A DNA stretch of 64,000 bases from Trueperaceae bacterium (GTDB taxonomy: Bacteria; Deinococcota; Deinococci; Deinococcales; Trueperaceae), in contig DASSXV010000025.1 of the NCBI GenBank assembly GCA_035703635.1, forward strand, positions 1-64,000, read 5' to 3'. Both the position numbers and the translations under genes were made by a program. How positions within the stretch are numbered: the stretch's first letter is position 1; each line of letters starts with the position of its first letter. Shown here piece after piece: positions 12,797 to 22,429 of the stretch. The notes beneath the pieces were generated by a model that worked only from the letters and a program-made list of their open reading frames with translations, did no database searches and was not told the DNA's origin.

Positions 12797-15356
12797 GCTC
12801 ACTCCATGCGGCGAGGGCGCGCGTTGGCGACATCTTCGCCGCGCGCCTAGCGGGCAGTAATGCGGCCACCAGCCCGATGAGGGGCGAAACGATCAGCGCC
12901 AACAACGCTAGCGACCAGGGCACGAGCGGCTCGAGCACGAAGCCAGTCAAAGCGCCCGCGCCGTTCGTGATGATGCGGGCGAGCAGCAGCCCGAAGGCCA
13001 CCCCGATGATGGCGCCCATCGTCGTCACGACCACCCCCTCGGCCGTCACCAGCGCCCGCACGCCAGCGCGCGTCAAGCCGATGGTACGTAGAACGGCGAT
13101 CTCGTGACCGCGACTGACGAGGTTCATGCCCAACGTGTTCGCCACTCCGAGCGCCGCCACCAGCACGGCGATCACGAGCAGCACGCGCGTGGTAGCGAAC
13201 GCCTGGGAGGTGACCTCGAGGATGTAGCGCTTGTAGTCGGCGTTGAGGGTTATGTCAAGCGCCAGGTCGGGGAAGGTCGCTTGGAAGCGCTCGCTCACTG
13301 CCTCTTGCGACTCGCCCTTCTTGAGGACGACGACGAAGAGGTCCGGGTTGCCTCCGCCGAACTGGGCGATCTCGTTGATGCTGCCAACCACCGTCTCGCC
13401 GCCGCCAGTGAAGTCCACGACCACCCCAGCGACCTTGAACGGCGCGAAACCGTTGCTGGTGCGCAGCTCGATGGTGTCGCCTTTGACGATGCCGTAACGG
13501 TCACGCATGGTGTTCGCGATCAGGACCTCGCCGGCTCGCAGCGCTTCGTAGCCCGTCTCGTCGTCACCCTGACCGGGCAGGTACTGGAAGCGGCCGAAGC
13601 CGCCGTTAGGGTCGAAGCGTTCCGGGTCGACGAGGACGAGGGCGACTGAGCGGCCACGCGTATCTTCGGCTGACTGCAGGAACCTGACCGCCGTGATCTT
13701 CACCCCGCTAGCGACGTCCACCCCTGCGATGGCCTCTGCGCGCGTGGCGAAGTCGCTCGGGAAGGTGACGGGGGCCGTGATGAACAAGTCACCGACGACC
13801 GTCGTCTCGACCCATGACGAGATCGCGTGGTTAGTGCTGCCCACCATGCTGCCTACCCCGATCACAAGGCCAGTTCCGACGACTACCGTGCCGATGGCTA
13901 CGCCGTTGCGCGCCCCGTTGCGCTCCGCGAAGCTGGCGCCCAGCTTGCCGGCTGGCCCGAAGACGCGCGTTAGCGGGCCGCGCAGCACGGCCACCATGGG
14001 GGGCAGCGCGTAAGGCGCCGTCAACGCCACCCCGAGGAAGAACAACCCCAAGGCTACGGTCGTCGCATACAGAGCGGACGTGCCTGGCCACGGTAGGAGC
14101 GCCGCCGTCGTGCCGACCACGACGAATGCCAGACCAAGTAGGGCCTGGCGCGTGCTTAGCGGCTTCTCGACCGCCTGCAGCGAGGAGATGGGCGAGGTGC
14201 GCCCGGCGTTGCGCGCCGGAATCAGACCAGCAACGAGCGCGGCAGCGACGCCGAGAACCGAAGCGACGAGCACGTTCTGCACCGGCAGCACAAGCGTGCG
14301 GAACTCGTAGCCGAGGGTGGCGGCGTTGAGGTAGGTGATGACGTACGAGAGCACGACTCCGAGCACTATCCCGCTGATGACGCCGAGCACCGCCAACGCG
14401 AGCGCCTCGTAGAAGGCCAGCCGCATGATGGCGCCCCTCGTCATGCAGATGGTGCGCAGGAGGGCGTACTCGCGCGACCGCTCCACGACGGAAGCCATGA
14501 ACGTGTTGTATGCGAGGAACGCGCCGAGCGCCAACAAGGTGGCGGCAAGGACACTCAACCCGGACTGCAGCGTCTGCACGATGCCGAAGGTGAAGTCGCC
14601 GCTCCCGGCTGGCAAGGTCACCGTGTAGGCGTCGCCCGCCAGGGAGCCGAGGCGAGTCGCCACCGCCTGCACGTCGTCGACGTCGTTGACCTGGATCTCG
14701 ATCTGGGAGATGCGCCCCTTGAGGCTGAGCACGCTCTGGAGGTCAGCCAACGCCATGATGCCGACGCGGCCGCCGTTGGTGCTTGCCACGCCGACCGCGT
14801 CATCGAGCAACCCGGTGACGAGCAACGGCACTGGGCCGCCTGACGTCGTGAAGTCGACCGTCTCGCCGACACTGATGCCACGCGCTTTGGCGAAGCCGTC
14901 AGCTATGGCGATCCCGCGTGAGCCCGCCGCAGGCAGCGCTCCGGTGGCGAGCTTGGCCGGAAGGTCGTCTACGAACTGCGTGAGCCGCCCCTGGATCTGG
15001 AAGCCGCTATCGATGCCGGGTATGACGGACTTCTCGACCGTCCTAACGCTGCGCAGCGGCTCCGCGCGGGTTTGCAGCACTGGATAAGCCGCCTCGACGC
15101 CAGCGTCCGCCCTCACCTCAGCGAGGAGCGGCTCGCTCTCGAACACGGAGCGCCCGCCGGCCCCTGTCGTGAGGAGTAGGTCGGCCTTGCCTGCCGCGGC
15201 CTGCAGTGCGCTGCGGAGGTTAGCTTCGACGTTCGCCCCGACGGAGAGGGTCGTCAGCACGGCCGCGATGCCAAGCCCGATCCCCAACGTCGTAGCTAGG
15301 CTGCGCCACGGGTGACGGAAGAGGTTGCGCATGGCCAGGCGCCCTAGAGTGCTCAC
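12789..15356 (-). CDS. FtsX/MacB-type ABC permease with duplicated MacB_PCD-FtsX units
   Basis: LAMRNLFRHPWRS, ERSREYALLRTI, GHEIAVLRTIGLT, PARRAAKMSP; TACACT 7 nt upstream of GTG. Confidence 0.9.
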   Translation of the reverse strand: MSTLGRLAMRNLFRHPWRSLATTLGIGLGIAAVLTTLSVGANVEANLRSALQAAAGKADLLLTTGAGGRSVFESEPLLAEVRADAGVEAAYPVLQTRAEPLRSVRTVEKSVIPGIDSGFQIQGRLTQFVDDLPAKLATGALPAAGSRGIAIADGFAKARGISVGETVDFTTSGGPVPLLVTGLLDDAVGVASTNGGRVGIMALADLQSVLSLKGRISQIEIQVNDVDDVQAVATRLGSLAGDAYTVTLPAGSGDFTFGIVQTLQSGLSVLAATLLALGAFLAYNTFMASVVERSREYALLRTICMTRGAIMRLAFYEALALAVLGVISGIVLGVVLSYVITYLNAATLGYEFRTLVLPVQNVLVASVLGVAAALVAGLIPARNAGRTSPISSLQAVEKPLSTRQALLGLAFVVVGTTAALLPWPGTSALYATTVALGLFFLGVALTAPYALPPMVAVLRGPLTRVFGPAGKLGASFAERNGARNGVAIGTVVVGTGLVIGVGSMVGSTNHAISSWVETTVVGDLFITAPVTFPSDFATRAEAIAGVDVASGVKITAVRFLQSAEDTRGRSVALVLVDPERFDPNGGFGRFQYLPGQGDDETGYEALRAGEVLIANTMRDRYGIVKGDTIELRTSNGFAPFKVAGVVVDFTGGGETVVGSINEIAQFGGGNPDLFVVVLKKGESQEAVSERFQATFPDLALDITLNADYKRYILEVTSQAFATTRVLLVIAVLVAALGVANTLGMNLVSRGHEIAVLRTIGLTRAGVRALVTAEGVVVTTMGAIIGVAFGLLLARIITNGAGALTGFVLEPLVPWSLALLALIVSPLIGLVAALLPARRAAKMSPTRALAAWSEHV

Positions 15357-15432
15357 GGAGGCTAGTGTACTCGTCAGCTAGTGGGTGACTTTGGGGAAAG
15401 CGCCGCTTGACACGTGGTAGCGTCCGACCGAG

Positions 15433-16545
15433 ATGCGGATCCTCTACGTCGCAGACGACCTTTACGAGGGGTACGGCGGGCAGGCGCGTGCGACGGAGGG
15501 ACACCTGGCGGCGTTGGTCGCGCGCGGGCACACCGTGACAGCCGTAGCTGGGCGAGAGCCGCACCCTACGGTTCCGCCGCCTGGCGTAAGGCTAGTGCGG
15601 ATGCCAGCCGTGCAGCTCGGGAACGCTCAGACTAGGATCGCCTACCCCATCATCGGAACGCTGGCGCGCGAGATCAGCCAGGCTGACGTGGTGCAGGCGA
15701 ACACGCCAGCCATCCTCACCGCGGCAGCGCTCCTCCTCGCGCACCGTCAGAACGTGCCCGTCGTGCTCGGAGTGCACACTCAGATCGAGACGAGCACGCT
15801 GCAGCTGCCGCGCTTCGGCGGCGTCGTGGCTGACCTGCTGCGGCGCTGGTACCGCTGGCTCTTCTCCCGCGCCGACTTGCTCGTCGCTCCGACGGAGTTC
15901 GCTGCGGCGACTAGCAGGGCGTTCTCGCACGTGAGGGTGGAGGTCGTGTCGAACGGCATCGACTTCGGGAGCTACTCGCGGCCGCGCACCGCAACTGCCG
16001 GTCGCCAACTCGCTTACCTTGGCCGCTTGTCGGCCGAGAAGCGACCGCAGGACTTGCTGAAGCTGATGAAGGCACTGCCAACCGACCATCACCTCGTCAT
16101 GGCAGGCACGGGCCCGCTCGCCGCCGAACTAGCAGAGCGTTTCGCGGCGGAGGGATTGGCCGGGCGAGTGCGCCTCGCTGGTTTCATCGACGAGGACGAG
16201 AAACGCGTGCTCCTCTCGCAGACGGACCTATTCGTCATGCCGTCACCGGCCGAGTTGCAGAGCATCGCCACCCTAGAGGCGATGGCGGCCGGGTGCGCCG
16301 TGGTCGCGTTCGATTACGCGAGCAGCGCCGTTCCGCGCCTCGTGACGGAGGCGCAGGCGGGCGTGGTCGTGCCCGCGGACGACGCCGTGGCGCAGGCGGC
16401 CGCGGTCGTCGAGCTGCTTAGTGACCATCAGCGCCTGCGCGCAGCGCAGGAGAGCGCTCAACGTTACGCGGCGCTGCACGACGTAGCGCGCAGCGCGGAG
16501 CGCCTCGAGCAGCTCTACTCCGAGTTGGCGAGCGCAAGGAGGTGA
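15433..16545 (+). CDS. GT4 glycosyltransferase (glycolipid alpha-glycosyltransferase-like)
   Basis: VVSNGID, YLGRLSAEK, FVMPSPAELQSIATLEAMAAG. Confidence 0.88.
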   Translation: MRILYVADDLYEGYGGQARATEGHLAALVARGHTVTAVAGREPHPTVPPPGVRLVRMPAVQLGNAQTRIAYPIIGTLAREISQADVVQANTPAILTAAALLLAHRQNVPVVLGVHTQIETSTLQLPRFGGVVADLLRRWYRWLFSRADLLVAPTEFAAATSRAFSHVRVEVVSNGIDFGSYSRPRTATAGRQLAYLGRLSAEKRPQDLLKLMKALPTDHHLVMAGTGPLAAELAERFAAEGLAGRVRLAGFIDEDEKRVLLSQTDLFVMPSPAELQSIATLEAMAAGCAVVAFDYASSAVPRLVTEAQAGVVVPADDAVAQAAAVVELLSDHQRLRAAQESAQRYAALHDVARSAERLEQLYSELASARR

Positions 16546-18401
16546 CGAAAGTGAAGAGCAGCGAACCTGTCTCACTGCAAGGACGCGTGGTGGCCGTGAC
16601 GGGCGCAAGCGGCGGCATCGGGTTGGCTAGCGTGCGCCGCCTGGTGGCCGCTGGCGCCACCGTGCGGGGGCTGACGCGCACGGCAGCAGGTGCCGAGCAT
16701 CTGCGTGAGGCCGGAGCGCAGGCGGTGCAGGGCGACATCGCCGATGCGAACGCGCTAGCCGCGCTGTTCGCTGGCGCTGACCTCGCGCTGCACCTCGCGG
16801 CGTGGATGGGCGGCAAGGGCGGCGCGGCCGAGGCGCAGCGCGTGAACGTCGAGGGTACGAGGGCCGTGGCTAGCTCCGCGGTCGCGGCGGGCGTGAGCCG
16901 CCTGGTTCACGTGAGCAGCATCGCCGTGTACGGCCCTACGCTCACGGGCGACGTGACAGAATCCCACCCTACGCGCGAGGTCGGGGACCCATATGGCGAC
17001 ACCAAGTTGCGCGGTGAACAGGTCGTCACGGAGGTGACCGCTGGCGGCCCCGAGCTAGTGATCCTGAGACCCACCATGGTGTACGGGCCTCGCGTGGCTT
17101 CCTGGACCCTTACTCCCCTCAAGGCCCTGGCGGCGGGCGCGCCGCTGGTGTTCGGCAAGGGCGACTACGTGCTAGACGCCGTGTACGTCGACGACGTCGC
17201 GCGCGCGGCGGTGTTGGCGCTCACCGCGCCCGCTGCGAGCGGCAGGACCTACAACGTCACTGGCGCGGCAACCACCTGGGGCGAGTTCTTCGGCGCGTAC
17301 GCTGCCATGCTCGGCAAGCCGCTGCGGCGCCTGCCAACGTGGCTCGTGCGCGGCGGGGCACGCTTCGCGGCTACCGTCACGCGGCCGCTCGGTGACGCGC
17401 GCGTCGTTGGCGAGACGGTGGAGACGATGCTGAGCCGCGCCACCTTCAGCGGGGCGGCGGCCGTCACCGACCTTGGTTACGCGCCAGCAGTCTCACTCGC
17501 TAACGGCATGCGCACGACGGCCGCCTGGCTGCGCACGGCCGGCTACCTGAGCGGACCGCGCGTAGCCATGGTCGTTGGAGCGGGGAGCGGCCTTGGCCTC
17601 GCCGTGGCTGAGGAGCTGGTCCGCCGCTACGTGCCGCTGGTGGCCGCGGACCTCGACCCGACCGCGCTCAACGCCGTGCCGTCGTTGGCCGGCGCCACCG
17701 TCGTCACCCTAGACGTCCTAGACCCCGCCAGCATCGCCGCGGCCTTGAAGGGCGTGAGCGAGCTAGGGATGGCGCCTGACGCCGTCGTCATCACCGTCGG
17801 CGGCCTCAAGCCGGGCGCGCTCGAGTCTCAACCGCTGGCGGACGTGCGCAGACAGCTCGACTTGAACGCCATCGGGCCGCTCAACGTGGTGAGGGCCGTA
17901 GCTCCAGGCATGCGTGCTCGGGGCCGCGGGCGCGTGGTGGCCGTCGGCTCGACGAACGGGCTGCTCGTCACGCCGTTCATGGGCGCTTACTCGGCCGGCA
18001 AGTTCGCGCTCGAGGCGCTCATGGACGCCCTACGCCTCGAGCTGCGGCCGTTCGGAGTAGAGGTCGTGCTCGTGCAGCCGGGCGCCATGCGCACGCCGTT
18101 CGCTGCCCGCGCCAAGGCGCAACTGAGCGCGGAAGCAGAGCGCACCGGTGCGCCGTGGGACGCCTACCTGAAGCGCCTGCGCGACTCCAACCTTTGGGGC
18201 GAGAGCAACGCGGCGGACCCTGCGAAAGTGGCCAGCATCGTGGTGCGCGCAGCCACGAGCAAGCACGCCCCTGCTAGGGTACGCGGCACGCCGGAGGTGC
18301 CGTTCGTGCGCTTCTTCTCCTACTTCCCCGATCGCATCAAGGACTTGCCTTTCGTTCGGCCACTAGGCCTCAAGCGTCCGAACGGTCGTCGCGCTCGCTA
18401 A
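16542..18401 (+). CDS. fusion of an extended SDR (NAD-dependent epimerase/dehydratase) and a classical SDR
   Basis: N-half TGASGGIG, HVSSIAVYG, YGDTK, RPTMVYGP; C-half VGAGSGLG, YSAGK, VQPGAMRTPF. Confidence 0.88.
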   Translation: MTKVKSSEPVSLQGRVVAVTGASGGIGLASVRRLVAAGATVRGLTRTAAGAEHLREAGAQAVQGDIADANALAALFAGADLALHLAAWMGGKGGAAEAQRVNVEGTRAVASSAVAAGVSRLVHVSSIAVYGPTLTGDVTESHPTREVGDPYGDTKLRGEQVVTEVTAGGPELVILRPTMVYGPRVASWTLTPLKALAAGAPLVFGKGDYVLDAVYVDDVARAAVLALTAPAASGRTYNVTGAATTWGEFFGAYAAMLGKPLRRLPTWLVRGGARFAATVTRPLGDARVVGETVETMLSRATFSGAAAVTDLGYAPAVSLANGMRTTAAWLRTAGYLSGPRVAMVVGAGSGLGLAVAEELVRRYVPLVAADLDPTALNAVPSLAGATVVTLDVLDPASIAAALKGVSELGMAPDAVVITVGGLKPGALESQPLADVRRQLDLNAIGPLNVVRAVAPGMRARGRGRVVAVGSTNGLLVTPFMGAYSAGKFALEALMDALRLELRPFGVEVVLVQPGAMRTPFAARAKAQLSAEAERTGAPWDAYLKRLRDSNLWGESNAADPAKVASIVVRAATSKHAPARVRGTPEVPFVRFFSYFPDRIKDLPFVRPLGLKRPNGRRAR

Positions 18402-19404
18402 CCCCGTGACCGAGAGTCGCCGCCTGCGGTCGGCGGCGTGAAAGCAACAGCCACGCGCTGAGCGGCCCCAGCAAATAGGCGAGGTAGAAGGTGGTGGCGC
18501 GCCACACGAGCACGGGCGCCGCAACGGACTTGAGCTGTGACCCGGCCGCTCCAACCGCCAGCCCGAGGAGCAACTCCATGACGCCCGACGCGCCAGGGGT
18601 CGGCACGAAGAACGACAGCAACGTGATCATCGATAGCAGGGCGAGCACATCGAGCAGGCGCACGTCCGCGCCGTACATGACGAGCAACGCCCAGAAGAGC
18701 GCGAAGCTCGTCAGCCAGGCTGTGAAGTTGGCGACGTGAAGCGAGAGCCAGTAACGCAGCGGCAGGTCCCGGAAAGCCGTGGCGCTGGCGTGGTACTCGA
18801 TTGCGACCCGCCGCAGGCGGCGCTGGAAACGCGCGAGGAGGCGCCAGCTCGCCAAGGCGTGCAACCCGCGCACTACGGGGCGCGGGAAGCGCACGAGCGC
18901 GACGGCGCCGACGAGCGCAAGTAGAGCGCCGACCCCAGCGCCTACCGACAGCCATGGACCAAGTACCACCGGTGTTGCCAACAGTAGATAGGCGAGTCCG
19001 ATAGGGATGAGCAACCCGAGGGCGGCGAGGTCGAGCACGAAGAGCTGGACGGCCATCGCCAGGCCAGCGCCCGCCGGCACGCCGACGCGCTCGAGCGCGA
19101 CGACGAGGAAAGGCGCCCCGCCAGTGCCAGCCGGAGTCGTGGCCGTTCCGAACACCTGCGCGACGTGCGCCAAGAAGGCGTGCCACCAGGTCAACGGGTA
19201 GCCTTGGTAGCGCGCGAGCAGCACGAGTTTAGCGACCGGCGCCAGCCACAGCGCCACCAGGGTCAGAACGGCGAAGATCAGCAGCCAGGCGGGTAGTTCC
19301 TTGGGGGCGTAAAGGGCAGCGGAGAAGATCTGCTCGCGCGTCGCCAGGTAGAGGCCGGCAAGGCCGAGCCCGACACTCAACAGCAGGAGCAGCACGAGGC
19401 GCAT
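18370..19404 (-). CDS. lysylphosphatidylglycerol-synthase-TM (UPF0104) flippase-like membrane protein
   Basis: Multiple TM helices; TTPAGTGG, FVPTPGASGVME, LVWRATTFY. Confidence 0.8.
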   Translation of the reverse strand: MRLVLLLLLSVGLGLAGLYLATREQIFSAALYAPKELPAWLLIFAVLTLVALWLAPVAKLVLLARYQGYPLTWWHAFLAHVAQVFGTATTPAGTGGAPFLVVALERVGVPAGAGLAMAVQLFVLDLAALGLLIPIGLAYLLLATPVVLGPWLSVGAGVGALLALVGAVALVRFPRPVVRGLHALASWRLLARFQRRLRRVAIEYHASATAFRDLPLRYWLSLHVANFTAWLTSFALFWALLVMYGADVRLLDVLALLSMITLLSFFVPTPGASGVMELLLGLAVGAAGSQLKSVAAPVLVWRATTFYLAYLLGPLSAWLLLSRRRPQAATLGHGVSERDDRSDA

Positions 19405-20636
19405 CAGGCGCCTTGCCTAACGGCCTTTGCGCCTGGGCGCCCTGTTATGAGCGCGCGCGTTACCCTCTCGAAAGGCAAGTCCGCTAACGGCGGTTGGGTA
19501 GGTAGCGCCTCGCCGCATGCCACTGAGCGGACGTGGGCGGCGGCGCGGCGCGCCATGCCGGGGAAGTCGAGCGCCGCCGCGTGAACGCTGGCCGCGGCTA
19601 GCCGTGCCGGCGCGTCACGCCAGGCGGCAACGGCCGCGGCCAGGTCGACGGTGGACGTGATGCCGCCCAACTCGCGCTCCTCCAGGAACCGGACGACGGC
19701 CGCCTCGTTGAGGCCTGCGTACGCCGTGACCAGCAGCGGACGGCCGACGGCAAGGGCCTCCATGGTGCTAGCAGGTCCGGCCTTGCCCACCACCAGGTCG
19801 GCGGCGGCGAGGAGGGTCGGCATGCGGTCCGTGAAGCCGAAGGCCGTAAGCCCGGGGTGCTCCGCGGCCAAGTTGTCGAACCGCGCCTTCAGCTCCGCGT
19901 TGCGGCCAGCTACCGCCAGCAGGCGAGAGCCGGTCGAGAGGATCTGTTCGGCCATCGCCACCGCCTCGCCGGCCAATCCCTCGGCGCCGAGCGTCAACAG
20001 CGTCGTGAAGCCGGGCTCAGCGAGGCCGAGTTCAGCGCGGGCCGCAGCTCGAGCTGGCGGGGCGAGGAACGGTTGCCTAACCGGGTAACCAACGACGTGC
20101 ACCCGCTCAGGCCTCACTCCGAGCCGCACGAGGTCTTCCCGCGCAGCGACGCTAGGCGCGAACACGAGCTCGCTGCGCGGCTCCGACCAGAGCGCGCTGG
20201 CGTCGAAAGGCTCGGTGGCGTAGATGACGACCGGTGCTCTAAGCCCGTAGCGCGTGCGGGCAGCCGCGAACACGGTGGCGAGCCAGCCGTGGTTAGCGAC
20301 GACGAGATCGGGCCCCAGCTCGTTGAGCTGCCGCGCCAGGCTCCTAGCGAAGGCGTCGAGGGTGAGGCTTTGCGAGAGCCGCGTGACGCAAGGGGCAGCG
20401 TCGCTTAACCGTTGGCCGATGCGCACCAGCTGCGGGCGCCGCAGGAGGGCGCGCCAACTCGCCTTGTGGCGCCTGTCGAGTGCGGCGGCGCCGAACTCCG
20501 CCATCACGTCACTCACGCGGGTGGTGAAGTCGTCCGGGTAGTAGGCGTGCAGCGCCTCGGCCAACGCCGTCGCCGTCGCCACGTGACCACCGCCAGCCGC
20601 GATGGTGGCGAAGAACACGTGGCGCGGCTGCCCCAT
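19404..20636 (-). CDS. GT28 MGDG-synthase/UgtP-like glycolipid glycosyltransferase
   Basis: AGGGHVATA, GYPVRQPF, AGRNAELK, DLVVGKAGPASTMEAL; ATG 20636 overlaps the upstream stop (TGATG). Confidence 0.88.
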   Translation of the reverse strand: MGQPRHVFFATIAAGGGHVATATALAEALHAYYPDDFTTRVSDVMAEFGAAALDRRHKASWRALLRRPQLVRIGQRLSDAAPCVTRLSQSLTLDAFARSLARQLNELGPDLVVANHGWLATVFAAARTRYGLRAPVVIYATEPFDASALWSEPRSELVFAPSVAAREDLVRLGVRPERVHVVGYPVRQPFLAPPARAAARAELGLAEPGFTTLLTLGAEGLAGEAVAMAEQILSTGSRLLAVAGRNAELKARFDNLAAEHPGLTAFGFTDRMPTLLAAADLVVGKAGPASTMEALAVGRPLLVTAYAGLNEAAVVRFLEERELGGITSTVDLAAAVAAWRDAPARLAAASVHAAALDFPGMARRAAAHVRSVACGEALPTQPPLADLPFERVTRALITGRPGAKAVRQGA

Positions 20637-21631
20637 CAGGACCGCCCCTGGCGGCCGAGCGCCGCAACGGTAGCGGCTACGCCGGCGCGCCATGAGACTT
20701 GCGGTTCGTAACCTAGTTCTTCGATGGCGTGGCGCAGAGAGAAATGCACGTCGTTGAGCATGAGGCCAGCACGGTAACGCGTTACGGGAGGCTCGAGCGA
20801 AGGCAGTAGGGCAGACCAGGTCGCCTCTACGCCGCTGGCCAGCGCGCGAGTCGGCCTGCCCGGAAGGCGCAGCCGCGGTCCCTCACCCCCCTGGTCGTCG
20901 GCGATGGCGTCGAAGAGCTCGCGCCAACTCGGCATCCCGGCGTCCGCGATGACGTAGACCTTGCCTGCCGCCCGTGGCTCGTGCAGCGCCAGTACGACGC
21001 CGCTGGCGAAGTTGGGGGCGTACGCCGTGTTGAAGACGGCCGCTCCACTGCGCACGAGCGGCAACGTGCCCTTCGCAACGGCCCGCGCCACGCGCCCGAA
21101 CGTCTGGTCACGCTCCCCGAACGGCCACAGGCCAGGCCGCACTACTACGCTCTCGAGGCGCTTCTCCCCAAGCACGAGGTCCTCGGCCAAGATCTTGGAG
21201 TACGCGTAGGCGTTACGCAGGTTGTCGCGCGGTTGCGTGCGGGGGTCGGCGTTGCGGAAGCCAGAGTAACGGTGCACGGCCACGCTCGAGATGAACAGGA
21301 AGCGCTGGCAGCCGGCGTGGGCCGCCTCATGGAGCAGCGTCCGCGTTGCGACGACGTTCGTGCGGTAGAAGGCGTCCCACGGGCCCCAATCGGCGACCCT
21401 GGCGGCGGCGTGCACGACGGCGTCGACCCCGTCGCACAGTCCATGGACTCCCTCGTCGTCCGTCAGGTCCGCGCGCACGATCTCGAGGCGGTCATCGCCC
21501 TGCAGGTTGGCGAGGCTGGCGTCGGAACCCCACGGCGTGACCAGCGCTCTGACGCTGTCCTGGCTGGCGATAAGCTCCTCGCAGATGTGGCTGCCAAGGA
21601 AGCCGTGGGCGCCGGTGACGAGCACCTTCAT
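20636..21631 (-). CDS. extended SDR / NAD-dependent epimerase-dehydratase, candidate ceramide reductase (CerR-like)
   Basis: MKVLVTGAHGFLGS, HAAARVADWG, FISSVAV, YAYSKILAE; CerR role inferred from context only. Confidence 0.8.
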   Translation of the reverse strand: MKVLVTGAHGFLGSHICEELIASQDSVRALVTPWGSDASLANLQGDDRLEIVRADLTDDEGVHGLCDGVDAVVHAAARVADWGPWDAFYRTNVVATRTLLHEAAHAGCQRFLFISSVAVHRYSGFRNADPRTQPRDNLRNAYAYSKILAEDLVLGEKRLESVVVRPGLWPFGERDQTFGRVARAVAKGTLPLVRSGAAVFNTAYAPNFASGVVLALHEPRAAGKVYVIADAGMPSWRELFDAIADDQGGEGPRLRLPGRPTRALASGVEATWSALLPSLEPPVTRYRAGLMLNDVHFSLRHAIEELGYEPQVSWRAGVAATVAALGRQGRS

Positions 21632-21694
21632 GGCGTCACGCCGAGGACGGGGTGGCGGGTACAGGTCATCTCCAAGACGGTAGCAGTCCGAGGC

Positions 21695-22429
21695 TCAGTT
21701 GAGCAGGTGCCCTGAGCGCGCCAACACGGCTAAGTCGAGCGCGAGGCCGATGGCGAGATGCAGCAGCAGCGAGTAGAGGATCGAGCGACTGCGGACCGCT
21801 ATGACCGCGAACAAGATGGAGGCTGGTGCGGCGGCCATGACCTCCGCTAGCGGCTTGCCTAGGTGCACGAGCGTTGCCATGACGACGCTAAGCCACAGCG
21901 CGACTGTCGGGCTGGTGGCCCGCGTGGCTACGGAGAGCACGAAACCGCGGTAGAACCCCTCGAACGCCAAGTAGTAGAGGCCGTAGATGACCGACCATTG
22001 TGCGAGGTGTGCCGCGCTCGATCCGACCCAGGTGCCGGCCCACGGGTAGGTCGCGGCCAGCGTCGGATCCGTGCTCGCGAAGTACATGAGCACGGCGGCA
22101 AGCAGAGCAAGCGGAACGGCGGCGGCCAAGCCGAAACGCCAGTCGCCGATGCGGAAGCCAGCGCCCTCGAGCGGCCCGATCAGGAAGCGGTAGAAGACGG
22201 CCGGGATGAGCAGGAGGAGGATCGCGGACCACGCCACGCTGGAGAACGCAGCCAGTGGCTCCTGTGGAGCCATGCGCAATAGCGTTGGGCCCGGCGTGGC
22301 CAAGTACCAGAAGGCGGCCTGTAACACCAACGAGCCGAGTAGGAAGAACGCGTATTTCGCGCGCTCGCCCCGTGGGAAGAGTGCTCCTAGGTCGGCCGCG
22401 ATGAGCCTAAACGCGGCCCAAGGCTTCAT
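21695..22429 (-). CDS. CPBP (Abi/CAAX-protease-like) intramembrane protein
   Basis: Multi-TM; FEGFYRG, LVHLGKP, RSRSILYSLLLH. Confidence 0.8.
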   Translation of the reverse strand: MKPWAAFRLIAADLGALFPRGERAKYAFFLLGSLVLQAAFWYLATPGPTLLRMAPQEPLAAFSSVAWSAILLLLIPAVFYRFLIGPLEGAGFRIGDWRFGLAAAVPLALLAAVLMYFASTDPTLAATYPWAGTWVGSSAAHLAQWSVIYGLYYLAFEGFYRGFVLSVATRATSPTVALWLSVVMATLVHLGKPLAEVMAAAPASILFAVIAVRSRSILYSLLLHLAIGLALDLAVLARSGHLLN

